A stretch of 64,000 nt of DNA from an uncultured bacterium (GTDB lineage: Bacteria > Bacillota_I > Bacilli_A > RF39 > UBA660): contig CAUERX010000004.1 in assembly GCA_959020415.1 (NCBI GenBank), forward strand, positions 62 through 64,061, in the 5' to 3' direction. The position numbers and the translations under genes were made by a program. Shown here one piece after another: positions 58,658 to 64,000 of the stretch. Under the pieces are notes generated by a model. That model was not told the DNA's origin, did no database searches, and worked only from the letters and a program-made list of their open reading frames with translations. Within the stretch, counting starts at the first letter, position 1. Each line of letters starts with the position of its first letter.

Positions 58658-59593
58658 CTAACTAATTGTTCTACTAGCAGTCACCTCTGACGCTACTGGA
58701 AGTTCTTGATATTTTTCTAATTGATGAGCCTGTGCAAAAACTAAAACACGATTTTCAGGGTTACTATGATCTGAAGAATTAGTATAAGGACAAGTCCAAA
58801 AACACACTATTGGCTCATCCATATTCGGTACTATTCCTGTATCAATATCTGAACTGCCAACTATATATTCCATTTTATTATTGAAATCTTCCTCGTCAGC
58901 ATAATTACCAACCCAATTCAAAACTCTAGACGCATCGTATACCCCAGACGCAAAAATCTCCAAATTATAGTGACCATATTCATCTTTATAATCAATGCTT
59001 GGATTTTGTTCGTACATTTCAATTGCTGTTTTCTTAGCTGAACTACTATCAGTATCAGCAAAGTCCGCCAGTTTTCCAAACATTAAATCATCGGTCCCCG
59101 GAATTTCTCCAATATTATGGCCATAAATAATAATAAAATCATCACTTAAACCTTCACGATTACGCCAATCTTTATAAATAGAACCAACAAGCGAAGGATT
59201 TCCATTAACATCGTGCTTAAGACCATATTCGTTATCACTATACTGCTGAACCGAAAGAGTTCCATCAGCAGTAGTGAAAATTCCAGGTGCATTTATATAA
59301 GCTTTGGTATCCCCTTCATATATCCAAGGTGACTCTGCCCAAGGTATTTCGTCCGAAACACCAAAAATTTGATTGGTATCTAAAGCCACTTGTTCATTTC
59401 GATGATCATTTACATACTCACTAGCCAAACTATCACTATATGCATAATGTCCAAACAATGCTCCAATCGCTAATACACTAAAAACGGCAACAGATACCCC
59501 TGCTTTTTGGACTAGTTTCCATCTTCTTTGTTTTTGAATTTCCTTATAAAATTGCATATTGCAAGCATCTGTATTAAATTCATATTTCGACAT
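58658..59593 (-). CDS. Class B (SrtB-like) sortase
   Basis: N-terminal TM. GSIYKDWRN, IIIYGHNIG...MFGKL, YNLEIFASGVY, TC in CFWTCPY, and NRVLVFAQ. These align by eye with S. aureus SrtB blocks GSIFMDFRN, ILYGHHVGDNTMF, LSTC and RIVVVAK. Confidence 0.6.
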   Translation of the reverse strand: MSKYEFNTDACNMQFYKEIQKQRRWKLVQKAGVSVAVFSVLAIGALFGHYAYSDSLASEYVNDHRNEQVALDTNQIFGVSDEIPWAESPWIYEGDTKAYINAPGIFTTADGTLSVQQYSDNEYGLKHDVNGNPSLVGSIYKDWRNREGLSDDFIIIYGHNIGEIPGTDDLMFGKLADFADTDSSSAKKTAIEMYEQNPSIDYKDEYGHYNLEIFASGVYDASRVLNWVGNYADEEDFNNKMEYIVGSSDIDTGIVPNMDEPIVCFWTCPYTNSSDHSNPENRVLVFAQAHQLEKYQELPVASEVTASRTIS

Positions 59594-59622
59594 CACTAAT
59601 TACCTCATCTTAAATCTAAATA

Positions 59623-59919
59623 CTATTTCCCTATCCACTCTAAAATTACTTCTTTTGGCATATAACCAACTTTAGTATCATAAGTTCCATCTTCTTTAAA
59701 ATAAATTAAAGTAGGAACACTCATAACTCCATAACGTTTACAAAGTTCAAGATTTTCGTCAATATTAACCTTAACAATTTGAATTTTATCACTCATACTT
59801 TCAAGTTCAGACCCAAGCATTTTACAAGGTCCACACCAAGTAGCAAAGAAATCAACTAAAACATCACCATTAGCTACCAAAGTATCAAAATTTTCCTCAT
59901 TTCCTATAATTATATCCAT
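59623..59919 (-). CDS. trxA: Thioredoxin
   Basis: WCGPCK active site. About 98 aa. GAGGAGG RBS before the ATG at 59919. Confidence 0.9.
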   Translation of the reverse strand: MDIIIGNEENFDTLVANGDVLVDFFATWCGPCKMLGSELESMSDKIQIVKVNIDENLELCKRYGVMSVPTLIYFKEDGTYDTKVGYMPKEVILEWIGK

Positions 59920-59920
59920 T

Positions 59921-60640
59921 CTATTCCTCCTCATATTTTTCTAATAATTTATCTGCTCCATCAATATGAAGCTTTCCTTTATCAATCAACTTCTGCACTG
60001 TTGTCGCTTTTACTATATCATATTTCAAAAATAAATCAAGCGCCTCCAAATTAAATTCGTTACTACTATCAGTATTTTTGTATTTTTCACTTAAATCAAC
60101 AAATTCATCAAATACGGTTAAAGACTTACTAGCAAAAGATGATAAAATCGGTGTATTTTCTAAAATTGGTTTTTGCCATCCTGAAGATTTTACAAAATCA
60201 CTACCCGCAAAATTCGGAAGAGCCAAAACATATAAAACTACAAAAACCACAATATAATTCTTTATCAACCCCACTACTGCCCCTAGTATTTTAGAAGGAA
60301 TTCCTAAAATAATTGTTAAAGTCAAAATCTTTTCAAAAATTGTCGTCGCTAATAACAATATCTTTAAAATAATAAGTAATATTCCAAACACTAACGCAAA
60401 AGCAATAATTTCATATACCGCAATATTCAAAACTGAAACACCTTTGATTAAACCATAAAAATCAAAAAAAGGTAAATAATTCATCATAAATTCACTAATT
60501 GGATTTTTTAAAACAAAAGCAATTACAACTATTAATATATAGCCAACACAATTAACCAGGCTTTTCGTAAATCCCTGCTTAAATCCAATTAAAGCACCTA
60601 ATAATAGAAATATTATAATACATAAATCGATTATACTCAT
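59921..60640 (-). CDS. cvpA: CvpA-family membrane protein
   Basis: N-terminus IIDLCIIIFLLLGALIGFKQGF, four TM plus a soluble tail. Diverges from rnhC as in Bacillus. Confidence 0.65.
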   Translation of the reverse strand: MSIIDLCIIIFLLLGALIGFKQGFTKSLVNCVGYILIVVIAFVLKNPISEFMMNYLPFFDFYGLIKGVSVLNIAVYEIIAFALVFGILLIILKILLLATTIFEKILTLTIILGIPSKILGAVVGLIKNYIVVFVVLYVLALPNFAGSDFVKSSGWQKPILENTPILSSFASKSLTVFDEFVDLSEKYKNTDSSNEFNLEALDLFLKYDIVKATTVQKLIDKGKLHIDGADKLLEKYEEE

Positions 60641-60752
60641 ATTATGACCTCCTATACAAATTATATTACATTCATCCTAAAAAAGAAAGCAATTACAATG
60701 GATAGTATTGTGAATCTCGATTTTTTATGTTAAAATGTGTATAGGTGATAAC

Positions 60753-61724
60753 ATGGCAAAAAACGAAGTTCGTACCGTTACAGTAAAATTAAGTGACAAC
60801 ACGATGAGAAAAATGAATGAATACTTTGAAGATAAAAAAAGAGACGTTACGCCTCCATATGCTGTCTTTCAAGCAAAAGAAGCTGATACAATGGTTACTT
60901 TATACCAATCAGGAAAAGCTGTTTTCCAAGGTATAAGTGCAGATATAGATGCTAATATTTGGATTGAGACTGAAAAAAACTTAAACCCAAATAAAAAAGT
61001 AGAATATAAAATGGTTGATAATAATCCTAAGTCAAAACCAACTCCTGAAGTAAAACATACTGACGGAAAACTTTATAAATGCACTTCAATTGGTTCTGAT
61101 GAAGTTGGAACTGGTGATTATTTTGGGCCAATCGTAGTTACAGCAACTTATGTTACTAAAGAAGATATTCCTTTTTTAGAGTCATTAGGAGTTCGTGATT
61201 CTAAAAAAATAACCGATGAACACATTTTAAAAGTAGTTCCTGAAATTATTAAAAAAATACCATATTCTTGTATGATCTTATCAAATAAAGAATATAACGA
61301 TAAATATAATGAAAAAATGAATTTAAATGCTATTAAAGCTAACCTTCATAATAAAGTTTTATTAGACATGAATAAACAATTTAAAAAACATGATTATATT
61401 GTTGTCGATCAATTTACCGATCCATTTATTTATTATAAATATATTAATAATTTACCAGAAGTTCAAAGGAAAATTACTTTTGTAACAAAAGCTGAAGATA
61501 AATGTCTATCTGTAGCTTGTGGATCTTTAATCAGTCGCTATGTTTTAATTAAAGAATTTGAAAAGCTTTCCAAACAAATGGGAGTTAGACTTCCAAAAGG
61601 AGCTGGTCAAAAAGTTGATGAAGTTGGAGCCGAATTAATTAAAACTCATGGTATCGAGATATTGAAAGAAATTGCTAAATACAATTTTAAAAATACTGAC
61701 AAAATAAAAGAATTAGCTAAATAG
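60753..61724 (+). CDS. rnhC: Ribonuclease HIII
   Basis: N-terminal TBP-like domain, catalytic GSDEVGTGDYFGP, SVACGSLISR. AGGTGA RBS before the ATG at 60753. Confidence 0.85.
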   Translation: MAKNEVRTVTVKLSDNTMRKMNEYFEDKKRDVTPPYAVFQAKEADTMVTLYQSGKAVFQGISADIDANIWIETEKNLNPNKKVEYKMVDNNPKSKPTPEVKHTDGKLYKCTSIGSDEVGTGDYFGPIVVTATYVTKEDIPFLESLGVRDSKKITDEHILKVVPEIIKKIPYSCMILSNKEYNDKYNEKMNLNAIKANLHNKVLLDMNKQFKKHDYIVVDQFTDPFIYYKYINNLPEVQRKITFVTKAEDKCLSVACGSLISRYVLIKEFEKLSKQMGVRLPKGAGQKVDEVGAELIKTHGIEILKEIAKYNFKNTDKIKELAK

Positions 61725-61735
61725 CTAATTTTTTT
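61713..61735 (+). terminator. Terminator of rnhC
   Basis: TTAGCT-aaat-AGCTAA hairpin spanning the stop codon, followed by T7. Confidence 0.55.
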
Positions 61736-61741
61736 GCAAAT

Positions 61742-61898
61742 AAAAAGCCCAGAAGCGGACGTTTAACGATTAAAACCCTATCTTCTAGGTGGGCATCACA
61801 TTACAAGCATTAGGAGCCTTGTGTAAACACAAGTATTCAACACCGCAAGCAAATTAGATTCCCAATCGTTAACGCGTAGGTTTTTGATAATTGTCCAA
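61742..61898 (-). ncRNA. Candidate structured sRNA, possibly 6S (ssrS)-like
   Basis: About 157 nt between an extended -10 promoter and a hairpin plus U5. Visibly more G+C than the flanks and has no ORF. The ends pair (TCTAGAAG with CTTCTGGG, GGAC with GTCC, TTAACGATT with AATCGTTAA). Apical hairpin CTTGTG-ttta-CACAAG. 3' internal hairpin CCTA-gaaga-TAGG after CCCA. Confidence 0.4.
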
Positions 61899-61904
61899 TC
61901 TTCT

Positions 61905-61913
61905 AGACAACTA
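61905..61913 (-). promoter_or_regulatory. Extended -10 promoter of the candidate sRNA
   Basis: Minus strand TGcTATAAT. Predicted start about 7 nt downstream (near 61898). Confidence 0.5.
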
Positions 61914-61964
61914 TATTATAGCACAAAAAAAGAAAAAAAGCATCCCTTTTCATTTAGATTGACA

Positions 61965-62826
61965 CTATTTACCATTTTTAGATGAAAAATACTTTTTTTC
62001 TAATTTGGGATATATAACTTCACTAATCACAGCGGCTGCACTATGAAGTCCTACACCACGATTGATAACTCCATTAGCGATTTCATCAATTTCCAAAGAA
62101 AATGTCTCTAAACCGTCACATATTTCATTTAAAGTAGAAAGGTCAGATTCAATCAGAAAATCCCTTACAAAATCTGAAGAAAGTGGATTCATTTCGATAA
62201 TTCTTGTAAACTGCGAAGAAATATGTTCTGCATTACCATCACTAATTTTCTCGCCAATACTCTCATCTTTAACGCCAGCAAAGCTGATTGGATCATTAGA
62301 ATCAAATTTACGTTTTGGCATTTCCGTACATTGTCCTTCGGCTATAAAAGTTACCCCAGAAATATCATAATAATCATGAACTCCAAGTTCCCCACTAACA
62401 GTATAAAACTCTGAAATCTTGGCCATGGATAAAAAAATATTGTCAGTCCCATTAACAAACATTCCGTCGGCATCCTCAATCAAAACAATACCCTTAGCTC
62501 TTGAACCTTTTTCATCATTATTATCAGATAACTTAACTATTGCCTCAGTCATTTGAAATCTTTTAAAACTACCATCAGCAAATGCTCCATTAATTCGGTA
62601 AAAAGGTAATCCCATTGCTTCCGCACATTTTCCGCAAAGCAAAGTTTTTCCTACTCCTACAGAACCTAATAATAAAATATTTTTTTATTATAAAGACCAT
62701 ATTTTAAATTATGATTGACCGTTAATATCATTTTTTTAATTGCCTCATTTTGATGCACAACTGACCTTTTAACTTTTGCATAAACCTTTTCTAATTTCGT
62801 AAAACCACCCTTAATAAGTATCTATT
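61965..62826 (-). pseudogene. Degenerate ClpX-like AAA+ ATPase gene, frameshifted and without a canonical start
   Basis: The upstream frame reads IKGGFTKLEKVYAKVKRSVVHQNEAIKKMILTVNHNLKYGLYNKK and runs into the A7 run (plus-strand T7 at 62680-62686). The second frame continues NILLLGSVGVGKTLLCGKCAEAMGLPF... (Walker A) to the stop at 61965. Walker B is altered (IVLIEDADGM). There is no zinc-finger N-domain and no ATG at the 5' end. Confidence 0.6.
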
Positions 62827-62848
62827 ATATCACTTCAATAAAACTAAA

Positions 62849-63640
62849 TCAATCATATTTACTATGGAAATCACTATCACAATGATATCCAATTACTGTA
62901 TTTAAATTAACGTTATTCGCAGATGTAAATAAACTTTTTTTAACATCTTTATTATAACGTTCCAAATAAGTAAGCAAGGTCTTCATCTCAGCTCTTTTCC
63001 CACTACTTTTAGCCGTAACTGTACATGCACAATCAATAAAACTTAAATGATTAAAATTCTTCCAAGCAATTATATTTTTTTCTTCAATTAAATAAAGTGG
63101 TCTAATTAATTCCATTCCTTCAAAATTATCACTTTCAAGCTTAGGTAACATTGATGAATAAGAACCATTATATATTAAATTAAGAAGGATTGTTTCAACA
63201 ACATCATCCATATGATGACCTAACGCAATTTTATTACAGCCCATTTTCTTCGCATAATCATATAAATAGCCTCTACGCATTTTCGCACAAAAATAACAAG
63301 GATTGTCAAACCGTTCAGAAATTTTAAAAATTGGTGCTTCAAATATCTCTGCTTCAATATTTAAAAGATTCAAATTATCTTTGATTTTACTTAATACCTC
63401 CTCGGTGTAACCTGGATTCATTACGATAAATTTCAATTCGAAACTAACCATTCCATGTCTCTGCAATTCCTGCATACATTTAGCCAGTAAAAAAGAATCT
63501 TTCCCGCCGCTCATGCATACTGCAACTTTATCATTTTCTTCAACCAAATGATAATTTTTAATCGCTTTAATAAATTTACTCCAAATTTCTTTACGATATT
63601 TTTTAATTATACTTTTCTCAATTATACGATATTTTTCCAT
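62849..63640 (-). CDS. ttcA: TtcA-family PP-loop ATPase (tRNA 2-thiocytidine synthetase-like)
   Basis: CMSGGKDS PP-loop, PCYFCAKMRRG, LGHHMDDVVETILLN. Start taken at MEKYRII (63640). Confidence 0.65.
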   Translation of the reverse strand: MEKYRIIEKSIIKKYRKEIWSKFIKAIKNYHLVEENDKVAVCMSGGKDSFLLAKCMQELQRHGMVSFELKFIVMNPGYTEEVLSKIKDNLNLLNIEAEIFEAPIFKISERFDNPCYFCAKMRRGYLYDYAKKMGCNKIALGHHMDDVVETILLNLIYNGSYSSMLPKLESDNFEGMELIRPLYLIEEKNIIAWKNFNHLSFIDCACTVTAKSSGKRAEMKTLLTYLERYNKDVKKSLFTSANNVNLNTVIGYHCDSDFHSKYD

Positions 63641-63851
63641 CAAATCGCCTCTCATCAAGTATATAATATTTACTCAGCTAAAGCAAGAAAAAGATGAAAT
63701 ATAACATTTTAAAACAAAAAAATACATTTAATCTTAAAAATGCATTTTCGTTCTATAAATTAAAATATTATTTTTTTAATATCCTATTTAAAGTCTCCAC
63801 ACTTAATAAATTAGCTATTTGAAACTTTCCTTTACCTCATTTCAACTTCAA

Positions 63852-64000
63852 TCATTTTAAACTGATATGTAGTTCATCTAATTGTCTTTCTGAAACTTCA
63901 TTAGGTGCCTCACTCATTAAATCAGAAGCACTAGTTGTTTTTGGAAAAGCAATAACATCACGAATGTTCTCAGTATCACATAATATCATTGTAAGTCTTT
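63852..64000 (-). CDS. aspS: Aspartyl-tRNA synthetase, 3' end only (gene continues beyond the window)
   Basis: Translation ...[39 protein letters not shown]-stop matches the conserved bacterial AspRS C-terminus ([10 protein letters not shown]...LM.EAP). Confidence 0.75.
   Translation of the reverse strand, partial: RLTMILCDTENIRDVIAFPKTTSASDLMSEAPNEVSERQLDELHISLK

Noticed and set aside
61742-61898. T-box leader or riboswitch interpretation of the structured region after rnhC
   Set aside because: It has no T-box consensus (AAnnnGGGTGGTACCGCG-like) and no specifier-loop features. No coding gene lies downstream on either strand within regulatory distance. It has its own promoter and terminator, which fits a stand-alone RNA better.
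62062-62414. Plus-strand ORFs 62062..62370 and 62223..62414
   Set aside because: They are antisense to the ClpX-like pseudogene body. They have no RBS and no family resemblance.

Overview
This is an AT-rich (by eye about 25-30% G+C, not computed), standard-code, densely coding chromosomal segment from a low-GC Gram-positive bacterium (Bacillota). SpoIVB and SpoIIM homologues suggest a spore-forming Erysipelotrichia- or Clostridia-like organism, but the taxon cannot be proven from this window.

- **1-26 kb, housekeeping and envelope genes:** a ydbS/ydbT-like PH-domain pair, queH, one decayed and one intact NodB deacetylase, a heterodimeric ABC exporter, uppP, an OmpR/histidine-kinase pair, holA, rarA, xerD, a deaminase, an AlkD-like repair protein, two metal transporters, mnmA and spoIIM.
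- **26-55 kb, the accessory part:** a roughly 19-kb minus-strand Wzx/Wzy-type cell-wall glycan operon. It carries three GT2, one GT4, a split Alg14/Alg13-type transferase, a Stealth sugar-1-phosphate transferase, a Wzy-like polymerase, a UbiA-family enzyme resembling decaprenyl-phosphate phosphoribosyltransferase, and several GT-C-like polytopic membrane proteins. It ends in a co-transcribed GH25 muramidase with four ricin lectin domains, and a GtrB-like lipid-sugar synthase and an SGNH esterase lie just downstream. This is followed by spoIVB, galE, a kinase-less PASTA protein, a second copy of one GT-C-like gene and a 1089-aa GH73 autolysin.
- **55-64 kb, conserved core genes:** a CDP-alcohol transferase paralogue, rhomboid, rluD, lspA, a SrtB-like sortase, trxA, cvpA, rnhC, ttcA-like and the aspS 3' end. 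This stretch also holds a frameshifted ClpX-like pseudogene and a roughly 157-nt promoter-to-terminator unit that looks like a structured sRNA, possibly 6S-like.

I found no rRNA, tRNA, CRISPR array, transposase or prophage. The most interesting signals are the UbiA/GT-C module, which implies a lipid-linked pentofuranose donor in a Firmicute wall-glycan locus, a (TA)9 tract inside a GT-C gene, the duplicated pairing of a GT-C-like gene with a wall hydrolase, and the candidate sRNA. All family assignments rest on motif and architecture recognition by eye. No searches were run.
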